The position numbers were made by a program, and so were the translations under genes. Under the pieces are notes generated by a model. That model was not told the origin of the DNA. It saw only the letters and a program-made list of their open reading frames with translations, and ran no database searches. Shown here in pieces: positions 55,020 to 64,000 of a stretch of DNA of 64,000 nt. Numbering within the stretch: position 1 is the first letter of the stretch; the number at the start of each line of letters is the position of its first letter. Source of the DNA: Roseburia sp. (GTDB taxonomy: Bacteria > Bacillota > Clostridia > Lachnospirales > Lachnospiraceae); assembly GCA_051879315.1 (NCBI GenBank), contig JBJELW010000066.1:99-64098 (forward strand), written 5' to 3'.

Positions 55020-56618
55020 ATGAGTCAGAGAAATGCGTATTTCAGGATACATGTCAGGGAGGAAGGAACTTTTTTACAGATTTTTCCTGCCCTGGCAGGT
55101 GGCAAGGCTCTGGAAGTCGGAGAGGTGACAGCATATCTGGAAAAATGTGGATGCAAAGAGTTCAATATAAAAGAACTCAATCAGGCATTACTGGCACCGG
55201 AGGGGAAAGAGGTGCTGGTGGGAAATATCTACCCGCTACAGATTAACGAGGAAATGTCTATTCGCATTTCTTTGGACAAGATGAACGCATACTGTCGGTT
55301 TTATCCGGGCTCTGAGGGTGGAAACCAGATGACGGTGAAGGAAATCCTTTCCGATTTGACCTTTAAAGGGATTACCAATGGAATCCGTCAGGAGGAGATC
55401 CTGCATTTTATGAATGATAGAGAATACTGCACAGATTATGTGTTTGCCATGGGGAAAATGCCGGTACACGGGAGAGATGCAAAGGTCGAGTATTTTTTCA
55501 ATACAAATCTGAACTTAAAGCCCAAGCGTAACGAAGATGGTTCCGTGGATTATCGGGAGCTGAATGTGATCAGCCATGTAGAAGCAGGGGCTTTACTGGC
55601 AAGACTGATCAAGGAAGACCCGGGCAGACCCGGATCGGACATCTTTGGCAAGGAGGTCCCCCCCCGCACGGTGAAAAAATTAAAGCTTCAGTACGGTAAT
55701 CATATCCGGCTTTCAGAGGACGGATCAGAGATTTATTCTGAGGTGACCGGACATGCCAGTCTGGTGAATGACAAGGTTTTCGTGTCTGATGTATACGAAG
55801 TTCCGGCGGATGTGGACAATTCCACCGGCAATATCAATTACCCGGGGAATGTCACCATCAAGGGAAATGTAAAAGGTGGTTTTTCAGTTGTGGCCAAGGG
55901 TGATGTGGTGGTGGACGGCGTTGTGGAAAATGCGGTGATCCAGGCCGGGGGACAGATCATAGTAAAAAGAGGAATCCATGGGATGACCAAAGGCGTCTTG
56001 AAAGCAGCCGGCAACATTATGTGCAAGTTTATTGAAAATGCCACTGTCATTTCCGGAGGATATGTGGAAACGGATTCCATCCTACACAGTCGTGTATCCG
56101 CCGCAACGGAGGTTCATGTAAAAGGGAAGAACGGCTTTATCACAGGAGGGGTGATTCAGGCCGGTAATCTGGTGGAGGCTCAGACCATCGGATCGGATAT
56201 GGGTGCAGCTACCCGCATAGAGGTGGGTGTTGAGCCTGAGAAAAAGGCCCGGTTTGTGGAATTGCAGCAGTTTATTCAACAGGAGAATAAAGCCATTGCC
56301 CAAATCAAACCTATTCTGGCAACGTACAGTGAGAAATTGGCCAACGGAGAGACGTTGAACAAAGAGGCTATCCAGTATGTGGAACAGCTGGCCAACGCCA
56401 TGAGAGCGAAGCAGGAAGAGGTGGAATCGGTACAGGATGAGTATGCCCAGTTGCATACACTGCTGCTTCATAACAGCAATGCCAGAGTGCAGGTGAAAAA
56501 AACAATTTACTCCGGTGTTACTGTTTGTATTTCCGAGATCAGCATTACGCTGAAAGAAAATCGGGATTACTGTCAGCTCACCAGAAATCAGGGTGAGATT
56601 CTGATTTCTACTATGTAG
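55020..56618 (+). CDS. FapA/DUF342 flagellar assembly protein
   Basis: G.VDYREL, DVD.STGNI...GNV.I.G.V repeats. Confidence 0.85.
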   Translation: MSQRNAYFRIHVREEGTFLQIFPALAGGKALEVGEVTAYLEKCGCKEFNIKELNQALLAPEGKEVLVGNIYPLQINEEMSIRISLDKMNAYCRFYPGSEGGNQMTVKEILSDLTFKGITNGIRQEEILHFMNDREYCTDYVFAMGKMPVHGRDAKVEYFFNTNLNLKPKRNEDGSVDYRELNVISHVEAGALLARLIKEDPGRPGSDIFGKEVPPRTVKKLKLQYGNHIRLSEDGSEIYSEVTGHASLVNDKVFVSDVYEVPADVDNSTGNINYPGNVTIKGNVKGGFSVVAKGDVVVDGVVENAVIQAGGQIIVKRGIHGMTKGVLKAAGNIMCKFIENATVISGGYVETDSILHSRVSAATEVHVKGKNGFITGGVIQAGNLVEAQTIGSDMGAATRIEVGVEPEKKARFVELQQFIQQENKAIAQIKPILATYSEKLANGETLNKEAIQYVEQLANAMRAKQEEVESVQDEYAQLHTLLLHNSNARVQVKKTIYSGVTVCISEISITLKENRDYCQLTRNQGEILISTM

Positions 56619-56653
56619 GAGGAACATGACCGCATTACCAGGGAGGAACGTTT

Positions 56654-56965
56654 ATGTCAATTCGTCCAATTGAGTTTAACGGGATGATCCAGCGGACACA
56701 GGATGTGGGAAATCTCAAGCAGCAAGAGAATGCCAAGCCCCTTGTGGACCAGCAGAATATCCAGATAGAGGTTCAAAAAGAGGAATATCGCCAGTCGGAG
56801 CAGGTGCGCAGTAAAGGAAATGCGGATGGTGACGGGCAGGAATTTGATGCGAAAAACGGAGATGGCAGTGGCTATCAGGGCAATCGCAAACAAAAAAAGA
56901 AACAGAAGCAGGAGGATCGTGTTGTGATCAAAGGGACGTCTTCCGGTTTCGATATCAAGATATAG
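56654..56965 (+). CDS. conserved hypothetical flagellar-region protein
   Basis: MSIRPI... with C-terminal FDIKI; GGAGG RBS. Confidence 0.75.
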   Translation: MSIRPIEFNGMIQRTQDVGNLKQQENAKPLVDQQNIQIEVQKEEYRQSEQVRSKGNADGDGQEFDAKNGDGSGYQGNRKQKKKQKQEDRVVIKGTSSGFDIKI

Positions 56966-56975
56966 AGGATTAAAT

Positions 56976-57611
56976 ATGACCGGAGTAGAAATTATTCTGA
57001 TTTTGTGCGGTCTTGTGCTGATGGTGGGGAGTTTTATGGTGACGGAAAAACTCTCCGGAAAAGAACTGAACCGCATTGCTGAACTAAGTGAAAATGAGAT
57101 AAAAACCATATTGGAGAAAAAACTCTCCGAAGCGGAAAATAAGATTGACGACCAGATTGAGGAAGCCATCGAGGGTTCCGTGAACCGTGTGGAGCGCAGT
57201 CTGGATAAGACCACCAATGAAAAAATGATGGCCATTCACGAGTATTCCGACACGGTGGTGGAGGAAATAAACAAAACTCACAATGAAATCATGTTCCTCT
57301 ACAGTATGTTAAATGATAAGCATGGGGAACTGACGGAACTTGCCGCTGATCTGGAGAGCAGGAAGTCAGAAATCGTACAGGAGATGAGCCGCATCCAGGA
57401 GGTGGCAGTGGCACAAAATCAGCCGGAGGAGATTCCTGAGCCGGTGGAGGAGGAACAACCGGAAATCGCATTCAATCACAACGAAGAAATCCTTTCCAGA
57501 TACCAGCAGGGAATGGAACCGGTGGATATTGCCAAGGAGCTTGGTCTTGGAACCGGGGAAGTACGGCTGGTGATTGAGCTGTTTAAGGGAGAGCAGGATC
57601 ATGAGGTTTAA
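56976..57611 (+). CDS. DUF6115 / SwrB(YlxL)-like membrane-anchored coiled-coil protein with C-terminal HTH
   Basis: N-terminal TM, C-terminal G....DIAKELGLG.GEV.L. Confidence 0.7.
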   Translation: MTGVEIILILCGLVLMVGSFMVTEKLSGKELNRIAELSENEIKTILEKKLSEAENKIDDQIEEAIEGSVNRVERSLDKTTNEKMMAIHEYSDTVVEEINKTHNEIMFLYSMLNDKHGELTELAADLESRKSEIVQEMSRIQEVAVAQNQPEEIPEPVEEEQPEIAFNHNEEILSRYQQGMEPVDIAKELGLGTGEVRLVIELFKGEQDHEV

Positions 57612-58116
57612 ATATTATTTGCGGGGATTGGGCATCGGTATCATCGTGGCCACCGTGATATTGTCCATCTCCTTTGCCCTGCGGGAGGATCATATGTCTG
57701 ATGCGGAAATCATGCACCGGGCAGAGGAGCTTGGCATGGTGATGCCCGGCAGTGAAGACGAAAATGGAACGGAGGCAGAGACAGAGCAGGGCGACGATCC
57801 GAAGGATACGGATCAGCCGGAAGATGCCCGTTCGGAAGAAGCTGAGGATGCGGCAGAGGAAGGCATTGCCGATACGGAGATGGTGCAGGAGGATGGCACA
57901 CAGCTGAAGTTTACCATTGAGGTGGGGGATTCCACCTATTCCATTGCCCAGCGTTTAGAGGAATACGGATATGTGGAGAATGGAGATTCCTTTGCAAAAT
58001 ACATGCAGAGCAAAGGCTATTCCAAACAGGTGATGCCCGGTGAGGTGATCATTCCCTATGGTTCCACCCAGGAGGAAATCGCCAAGATACTGATTACGGA
58101 TCCCAATCTGCGATAA
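57601..58116 (+). CDS. membrane protein with MltG-N/LysM-like C-terminal domain
   Basis: KYYLRGLGIG TM; I..GDS...IA..L...G motif. Confidence 0.7.
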   Translation: MRFKYYLRGLGIGIIVATVILSISFALREDHMSDAEIMHRAEELGMVMPGSEDENGTEAETEQGDDPKDTDQPEDARSEEAEDAAEEGIADTEMVQEDGTQLKFTIEVGDSTYSIAQRLEEYGYVENGDSFAKYMQSKGYSKQVMPGEVIIPYGSTQEEIAKILITDPNLR

Positions 58117-58144
58117 ATGGATAAAAAATTATAGAAAAATGCGT

Positions 58145-58180
58145 AAAATCCCGAAAAAGTCCCTTGCGTTCGGGATTTTT
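58145..58180 (+). terminator. inverted repeat ending the fla/che cluster, overlapping the rpsB -35
   Basis: AAAATCCCGAA...TTCGGGATTTT. Confidence 0.6.
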
Positions 58181-58192
58181 CTATGCTATAAT
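58164..58192 (+). promoter_or_regulatory. SigA promoter of rpsB-tsf
   Basis: TTGCGT-N17-TATAAT with TG extension. Confidence 0.75.
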
Positions 58193-58216
58193 TTCGAATG
58201 TTGTGATAACAAAAAT

Positions 58217-58280
58217 CACATGCACCGATCAGAAGACGGGTGCCGCAAGGTTGTCGGATGATAAGAAGTGCATGGAAGAA
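58217..58280 (+). ncRNA. S2 ribosomal protein leader (t44-like)
   Basis: CATGCAC/GTGCATG closing stem with internal GGGTGC, directly upstream of rpsB. Confidence 0.65.
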
Positions 58281-58302
58281 AAACCAAATGGAGGAAAGAA
58301 AA

Positions 58303-59052
58303 ATGAGCGTTATTTCAATGAAAGAGTTATTAGAAGCAGGTGTGCATTTCGGACATCAGACCAGAAGATGGAACCCTAAGATGGCTCCTTACATCTACAC
58401 CGAGAGAAACGGTATCTACATCATTGACTTACAGAAGTCCGTAGGTAAAGTAGATGAGGCTTACAAGGCTATGGCTGAGATCGCAGCGGATGGCGGTACT
58501 GTTCTTTTCGTAGGAACCAAGAAGCAGGCTCAGGATGCTATCAAGACTGAGGCAGAGCGTTGCGGTATGTTCTATGTAAACGAGAGATGGTTAGGCGGTA
58601 TGCTGACAAACTTTAAGACCATCCAGAGCCGTATTGCAAGATTAAAGGCTATCGAGCAGATGCAGGAAGACGGAACCTTCGACGTATTACCGAAGAAGGA
58701 AGTTATCCAGTTAAAGAAAGAGTTAGAGAAGTTAGAGAAGAACCTTGGCGGTATCAAGGAAATGAAGAAGATTCCGGATGTGATCTTTATCGTAGATCCT
58801 AAGAAGGAGAGAATCTGTGTACAGGAGGCTCATTCTTTAGGTATTCCGTTGATCGGTATTGCAGATACCAACTGTGATCCGGAGGAGTTAGATTACGTAA
58901 TCCCCGGAAACGACGATGCAATCAGAGCCGTTAAGCTGATCGTTTCTAAGATGGCAGATGCAGTCATCGAGGCAAATCAGGGAACTGTAGATGTTGATGT
59001 TGAGTTAGAGGCTGAGCCGGCAGAGTTTGCTGAGGAAGCAGTAGAGGCATAA
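58303..59052 (+). CDS. rpsB: 30S ribosomal protein S2
   Basis: [21 protein letters not shown]. Confidence 0.98.
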   Translation: MSVISMKELLEAGVHFGHQTRRWNPKMAPYIYTERNGIYIIDLQKSVGKVDEAYKAMAEIAADGGTVLFVGTKKQAQDAIKTEAERCGMFYVNERWLGGMLTNFKTIQSRIARLKAIEQMQEDGTFDVLPKKEVIQLKKELEKLEKNLGGIKEMKKIPDVIFIVDPKKERICVQEAHSLGIPLIGIADTNCDPEELDYVIPGNDDAIRAVKLIVSKMADAVIEANQGTVDVDVELEAEPAEFAEEAVEA

Positions 59053-59083
59053 TCGAATAATCATTTGGACGGAGGATTGAAAA

Positions 59084-60019
59084 ATGGCTATTACAGCAGC
59101 AATGGTAAAAGAACTGCGTGAGATGACCGGCGCAGGTATGATGGATTGTAAAAAGGCGTTAGGCGAGACAGACGGAGATATGGATGCCGCTGTTGAGTAT
59201 TTAAGAAAGAATGGTCAGGCAAAGGCTGAGAAGAAGGCAAGCAGAATCGCAGCTGAGGGTCTGTGTACCGTAGTGGTAAAGGATAACAAGACTGCAGCAG
59301 TGGTAGAGGTGAACTCTGAGACTGACTTCGTTGCAAAGAACGAGACTTTCCGTGATTTTGTAACTGCAGTTGCAAATCAGGCAGTAGAGTCTGATTCCGC
59401 AGACATCGATGCTTTCCTGGCAGAGGCTTGGAAAGAGGATACTTCTAAGACCGTGAAGGATGCACTGGTAGAGAAGGTTGCAGTAATCGGAGAGAACCTG
59501 ACTATCCGTCGTTTCGAGAAAGTCGTTGCAGAGGATGGATGCGTGGTTTCTTACGTTCACGGCGGTGGTAGAATCGGCGTTATCGTTGAGGCAGCTACAG
59601 CTACCGTAAACGATGCAGTGAAGGAAGCACTGACCAACATCGCTATGCAGATTGCAGCTTTGAATCCCAAGTATGTGACCAGAGATGAGGTAAGCGCTGA
59701 TTACATCGCACATGAGAAAGAGATCTTATTAGCTCAGATCATGAACGATCCTAAGGAGTCTCAGAAGCCTGAGAAGGTGATCAACGGTATGATCGAGGGA
59801 CGTATCAGCAAAGAGTTAAAGGAGATCTGCTTAGTAGATCAGGTATATGTAAAGGCTGAGGACGGCAAGCAGACCGTTGCTAAGTACTTAGAGCAGGTAT
59901 CTAAGGAAGTTGGCACACCGGTATCTGTAAAGAGATTCGTTCGTTTCGAGACCGGCGAGGGCTTAGAGAAGAAGAACGAGGACTTTGCAGCAGAGGTTGC
60001 AGCTCAGATGAACGCATAG
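59084..60019 (+). CDS. tsf: elongation factor Ts
   Basis: VKELREMTGAGMMDCKKAL, EVNSETDFVA. Confidence 0.98.
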   Translation: MAITAAMVKELREMTGAGMMDCKKALGETDGDMDAAVEYLRKNGQAKAEKKASRIAAEGLCTVVVKDNKTAAVVEVNSETDFVAKNETFRDFVTAVANQAVESDSADIDAFLAEAWKEDTSKTVKDALVEKVAVIGENLTIRRFEKVVAEDGCVVSYVHGGGRIGVIVEAATATVNDAVKEALTNIAMQIAALNPKYVTRDEVSADYIAHEKEILLAQIMNDPKESQKPEKVINGMIEGRISKELKEICLVDQVYVKAEDGKQTVAKYLEQVSKEVGTPVSVKRFVRFETGEGLEKKNEDFAAEVAAQMNA

Positions 60020-60036
60020 TTCTGTATAAAAAATAT

Positions 60037-60072
60037 AAAGCGCTGGAGACGAGAGTTTTCCGGCGCTTTTTT
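60037..60072 (+). terminator. terminator after tsf
   Basis: AAAGCGCTGGAGAC-GAGA-GTTTTCCGGCGCTTT plus T tract. Confidence 0.85.
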
Positions 60073-60165
60073 ACAATTATACGGTTTTTCACGGCATCCG
60101 CAGTAACTGCGTATGCCTGCTGAACAGATACAATGATTCTTTAAAAAATGTTTGATGGTGAGATA

Positions 60166-60876
60166 ATGAGTGCATATAAAGTGGCGATTTGCGAGGACGA
60201 TCAGTTGATTTTAAAGGAAATGAGAGACATGTGCCATGATATCCTGGAAACGGATGGCGTGGAACATGAGATTGCGCTTTTTTCCTCAGCCAAGTCCCTG
60301 AATGAGGAACTTTTGAACCGGAGTAATCCCTTTGATCTGCTGATTCTGGATATTCAGATGGAGGATATGACGGGGATGGAACTGGCACAGGAGCTTCGAA
60401 AACGGGGCGACAGAGTCAGCATCATTTTTATTACCTCTTGTGACAGCTATCTTCTGGAGGGCTACAGCGTGCAGCCCATTCATTTCCTGTTAAAGCCTGT
60501 GAGCCGGGAGGCCTTGTGCGATGCCCTTCGCACGGACATCAAGCTGAACCATAAGCCCAGGATGCTGGCACTGCGTGCGGGAAATAAAACCATCAGCTTA
60601 TCTATTGCGGATATCCGCTATATGGAAAGCTTTAACCACAGCGTAATCATTCATGAAAAAAGCAAACGCTCCTATATGATTACCATGTCAGAGATTGAAA
60701 AACAGCTTCCGGTGGGAAACTTTTGCCGTTGCCACAAAAGCTATCTGGTAAATATGGACTATGTGGAGGAAGTGGGGAGAAACGAGCTGGTGCTGCAAAG
60801 TGGAGAAAAGCTGCCCATGGGCAGAGCCTATTACAAGTCTTTTCAAAGTGCATTTATCAATTTTTTAAATCAATAA
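60166..60876 (+). CDS. LytTR-family response regulator
   Basis: ICEDD, LDIQM, FLLKP, F.RCHKSYLVN. Confidence 0.93.
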   Translation: MSAYKVAICEDDQLILKEMRDMCHDILETDGVEHEIALFSSAKSLNEELLNRSNPFDLLILDIQMEDMTGMELAQELRKRGDRVSIIFITSCDSYLLEGYSVQPIHFLLKPVSREALCDALRTDIKLNHKPRMLALRAGNKTISLSIADIRYMESFNHSVIIHEKSKRSYMITMSEIEKQLPVGNFCRCHKSYLVNMDYVEEVGRNELVLQSGEKLPMGRAYYKSFQSAFINFLNQ

Positions 60877-60904
60877 AACCCCCGCCGTTTCCGGCAGGGG
60901 TTTC
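60875..60904. terminator. bidirectional terminator between convergent regulator and kinase genes
   Basis: AAAACCCCCGCCG-TTTC-CGGCAGGGGTTTC. Confidence 0.7.
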
Positions 60905-60908
60905 TGGC

Positions 60909-62570
60909 TTATTTTTTGGGGGGAATCTTGAGAGCTGTCTGAACGGTAAACACATTGTTTTCGGAGTAGTTAATGTCCAGTATGCTGTGGTATTTCTGGG
61001 CAATGGCGGACATTTGCGTCAGGCCGAAGCCGTGAAGTTCCGGCTCATCTTTGATGGTCAGTAAGTTCCCTTTATCATCCGTTTTAATGGTTCCGTCATA
61101 AGAATTCTCACATTTGATCGCTAAAAAGCCGTTCTTAATCTCCGCGTGAAAACGTATCATCCGTTTCTTTTCGGAGCGGATACGCAGACAGGCATCCCAG
61201 GCATTGTCCAGCATATTCATCAGCAATACACACAAATCACTTTCGGCAATGTTCAGCTCTGCAGGCACCGCAACCTTTGCCTCAAAGGGAATGTCAGCCC
61301 GGGAGCATTTGCTGGATGCGTCCTGCAAAATGGCATTGAAGGTATAGTTTTCTGAAAAATGAATCTGCCCGAGAGAGGAATTTTTCTCCCGCAGATTTTT
61401 TATGGTTTTTTCCAGTTCCGCATAATCTCTCTTCTGACACAAGGCATCCAAAGCAATCAGCTGGTGGTGAAACTCGTGGCGAAGTGCGGCATCGTCCCTT
61501 ATTTTGGATTCCAGTGTCTGATAGTTGTCCGTAATCAGTCTGTTTCGCAGAGCCATGGTCTGCACGTTTGCCTGCTGTCTGGCAAAGGAACGCACCACCG
61601 AATTCGTGGAAATCAGAGCGGCAACCACGGTGAGCCATAGGGTGAGCCAGTAAAGCAATCCGTAGAAGTATCCGGAGGCAACCTCCTCCAGCAGACTAAA
61701 TAAATAGCTGGAAAGATATCCGCCGGTTATGTAGGAGAAGATCCAGCCAATCAGTAACACGAATAAGGTACCTGACACAGCGATGCCCAGGCTCTTCCAG
61801 AATTGTTTGCCGCGCTTCATAATCAGGTAGGCCAAAAGAGCGACGGGGGCAATCCACAGAAAGCCAGCCCAGTCCAACACACGGGTCATGCCCGCAGGCA
61901 AAAAGTAATATCCGCATCCGGTGTTCATATTGGAAAAAATCAGGGTGGATGCGGCGATGATAAGTGGAATCAGACTCCAATCTATTTTGTGCTCCAGGAT
62001 TCCCAATAAAAACAGTCCTGCCGCAAGAATCAGAATCACAGCCTCGGCACCGGCGGGGATGCTGTAATAGTTGGCGTAGGCAAAGTTTTCTATGTCGGTG
62101 TACCCTTCGGGCATAAAACGCAGTAAGGGTGGAAATATGGTGGTTTCCTCCGTAACGGTACAGGTCAGCACCAGCTCCCCGGATGCATTTTCCGGCAATG
62201 GTAAATTTGCCTGGGACATACCCATGGTCCCATCCGGTGTAGCCACGGAGGAAGCATAGATTTCCTCGCCGTTCAGAGACAGCTTCATCTCCAGACCATC
62301 GGTTTCAAACAACAGGTATCCTTCGCCCAGCCCCTCCGGCAGCGTACCTTTAAAAATGTATGTACCGTATGGACTTTCCTGTCCGATACCTCCATCCAGT
62401 TCGTAGGGCGTTTCCGTGCCGGTGTCATCTATCACAGCGGCAGAGTCCCAGTCAATTATGGTCATATTTTGATCTGTCACGGTGAAGCAGTGCAGAAACC
62501 ACACCACACCGGAACAGAGTGCCAGAAAAATCACCAGGCATATGGTTTGCGTCCATTTTTTCATTTGCAT
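60909..62570 (-). CDS. GHKL (LytTR-partner) sensor histidine kinase with extracellular domain and multiple TMs
   Basis: LRHEF H-box, NMLDNA N-box, HGFGL; likely start MQMKK after AAGGA. Confidence 0.9.
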   Translation of the reverse strand: MQMKKWTQTICLVIFLALCSGVVWFLHCFTVTDQNMTIIDWDSAAVIDDTGTETPYELDGGIGQESPYGTYIFKGTLPEGLGEGYLLFETDGLEMKLSLNGEEIYASSVATPDGTMGMSQANLPLPENASGELVLTCTVTEETTIFPPLLRFMPEGYTDIENFAYANYYSIPAGAEAVILILAAGLFLLGILEHKIDWSLIPLIIAASTLIFSNMNTGCGYYFLPAGMTRVLDWAGFLWIAPVALLAYLIMKRGKQFWKSLGIAVSGTLFVLLIGWIFSYITGGYLSSYLFSLLEEVASGYFYGLLYWLTLWLTVVAALISTNSVVRSFARQQANVQTMALRNRLITDNYQTLESKIRDDAALRHEFHHQLIALDALCQKRDYAELEKTIKNLREKNSSLGQIHFSENYTFNAILQDASSKCSRADIPFEAKVAVPAELNIAESDLCVLLMNMLDNAWDACLRIRSEKKRMIRFHAEIKNGFLAIKCENSYDGTIKTDDKGNLLTIKDEPELHGFGLTQMSAIAQKYHSILDINYSENNVFTVQTALKIPPKK

Positions 62571-62615
62571 GTTTCTTGTCCTTTTCTTGTAATCGTGTTT
62601 TTCAATGCTTCGTTC

Positions 62616-62644
62616 ATTATATGAAAAAATAGTGTTTTTCACAA
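62616..62644 (-). promoter_or_regulatory. SigA promoter of kinase
   Basis: TTGTGA-N17-TATAAT on minus strand. Confidence 0.65.
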
Positions 62645-62657
62645 GGGCAATGGGTCG

Positions 62658-62723
62658 TTTCTGCGTAAACGACCGTTTTTCTGCGTGAACGACACAACCG
62701 AAGGGGAAAATAACTGGTATAAT
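62658..62723 (+). promoter_or_regulatory. direct-repeat operator plus extended -10 (activator-dependent promoter)
   Basis: TTTCTGCGTRAACGAC x2 (62658, 62678) followed by TGGTATAAT; no consensus -35. Confidence 0.65.
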
Positions 62724-62831
62724 GAATCTGGTATTTTATGATTCTATTTCGAATTTCAAGACACTTTAACACATTAAAGTAGGAAGTGCAGCGACACTTC
62801 ACGCAAAATAGGAGGAAGAAGGAGAAATATT

Positions 62832-64000
62832 ATGAAATCTATCAGAAAGAAATTCAGGAAAGGAACAGCCATACTGTTAGTGTGCTCCATGATTGTGGGG
62901 ATAGTGACTGCAATGCCGGGAAATGTTGCCAGTGTAAAAGCAGGAGATGGAGATACTATTATTACATCTGTAAAAATTACAGTCTCTAATCCTCCGAAGG
63001 CTAATACCCCATTAGAAGATATATCTTATGAATATTATGTCACAGGAGTAAAAGTAAATGAATATTATGCCACAGGAATATCTGATTTCAATGTTGAGTT
63101 GAGTCCAACGGATTCCATAGCCAACTACAATACAAGCTACATTGCAACCTTTGCACTTACAGCAGCGGATGACTACCAATTTGCAGGTAATGTGACAGTT
63201 AGCGGATTAGATGCAACAGGTGTTAAGGTGATCGAGGGTGGAAAACTACTTACGCTAACTTATGTTTTTCCTGCAACAGCCAAGAGAAAGATAACAGGTG
63301 TAACTGCACCGACAGTACCGACAGACAACACATTTACAACCTACTATGGCTATGAAGGATATGATGAGGTTCTTTCAGACGTTGGAAACAGCGAGCTGGG
63401 CAAACAGGCAATGGTTACCCTTGAGGACACTGAACTTGTGGCATCGACCACTGAAGCTATGAATGTGACATGGGCGATTGCAAATGCCGATGACGCAGGG
63501 TATGACAGCACACCGGGAGCAACGAACATCTTCCGCTGGACAATTTCTGATACAAAAGTTAAAAATTACGATATCACCGGCTGTTCTTCAAACTATGACA
63601 GCAATACAAAAACAATTACAGGCACGTTTGAAATCAAGAACAAAGCTGCAACCCCTGTCACCATCACGGGAACAGACAGCAGTGTGGCATATACAGGCGA
63701 AACCATTGATGTATCACAGTATTTTACCATCGACTCTCATGCAGGAACTGCCACCTATGCCCTTGTTACCGGAGCGGATGGCGGAACAGGAGAAGGTTCA
63801 CTTGATGGCTCAACTCTTACCGTAACGAAGACCGGAACCTTTAAGATTAAGGGAAACACTGCGGCAAATGGAATCTATGCGGCAGGAGAGGAAACTATCA
63901 CCCTTACGGTAGATAATGGAACCATTGAGTATACGGCAGCTGATTACAGCGGAACCTATGACGGACAGGGACACAGCATCAGCGTGAACGTGATCAATCC
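62832..64000 (+). CDS. secreted or surface Thr-rich beta-sandwich repeat protein (5' part, runs off window)
   Basis: AAGGAG RBS; MKSIRKKFRKGTAILLVCSMIVGIVTAMPGNVASVKA signal peptide; frame read as open to the end (...YSGTYDGQGHSISVNVIN); absent from ORF track because no stop is present. Confidence 0.85.
   Translation, partial: MKSIRKKFRKGTAILLVCSMIVGIVTAMPGNVASVKAGDGDTIITSVKITVSNPPKANTPLEDISYEYYVTGVKVNEYYATGISDFNVELSPTDSIANYNTSYIATFALTAADDYQFAGNVTVSGLDATGVKVIEGGKLLTLTYVFPATAKRKITGVTAPTVPTDNTFTTYYGYEGYDEVLSDVGNSELGKQAMVTLEDTELVASTTEAMNVTWAIANADDAGYDSTPGATNIFRWTISDTKVKNYDITGCSSNYDSNTKTITGTFEIKNKAATPVTITGTDSSVAYTGETIDVSQYFTIDSHAGTATYALVTGADGGTGEGSLDGSTLTVTKTGTFKIKGNTAANGIYAAGEETITLTVDNGTIEYTAADYSGTYDGQGHSISVNVIN

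Noticed and set aside
3416-56627. long antisense ORFs (e.g. 4448-5338, 8197-9078, 23106-23930, 30237-31040)
   Set aside because: they shadow well-supported plus-strand genes and show no motifs; a typical codon-bias artefact
62786-63825. track ORFs 62786-62989 and 63478-63825
   Set aside because: alternative frames of the real open frame starting at 62832

Overview
Chromosomal segment of a spore-forming, motile Clostridia-class Firmicute (gene order and proteins look Lachnospiraceae-like; inference). Order: cotJABC spore-coat operon; an AT-rich remnant with a frameshifted GNAT; an array of about 73-bp hairpin repeats; group-B-type [FeFe]-hydrogenase, gltX, UvrD-like helicase; DUF1292; a structured leader followed by an apparently catalytically dead GlgX-like gene, DUF5662 and trpS; an uninterrupted sigK with no evident pro-peptide; comM-dprA-topA-codY; a 40-kb Bacillus-type fla/che cluster (flgB to fliA, fapA); rpsB-tsf; a convergent LytTR/GHKL two-component pair; and a secreted surface protein running off the end. 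Most notable: (1) a 1783-aa surface-anchored beta-helix (depolymerase-like) gene inserted between the PilZ brake gene and cheB with no visible promoter or terminator of its own; (2) the leader RNA / pseudo-GlgX / DUF5662 / trpS unit; (3) the hairpin array; (4) candidate RNA and SigD elements around flgE; (5) a stator with Na+-type signatures. All calls come from reading motifs by eye; no searches were run.
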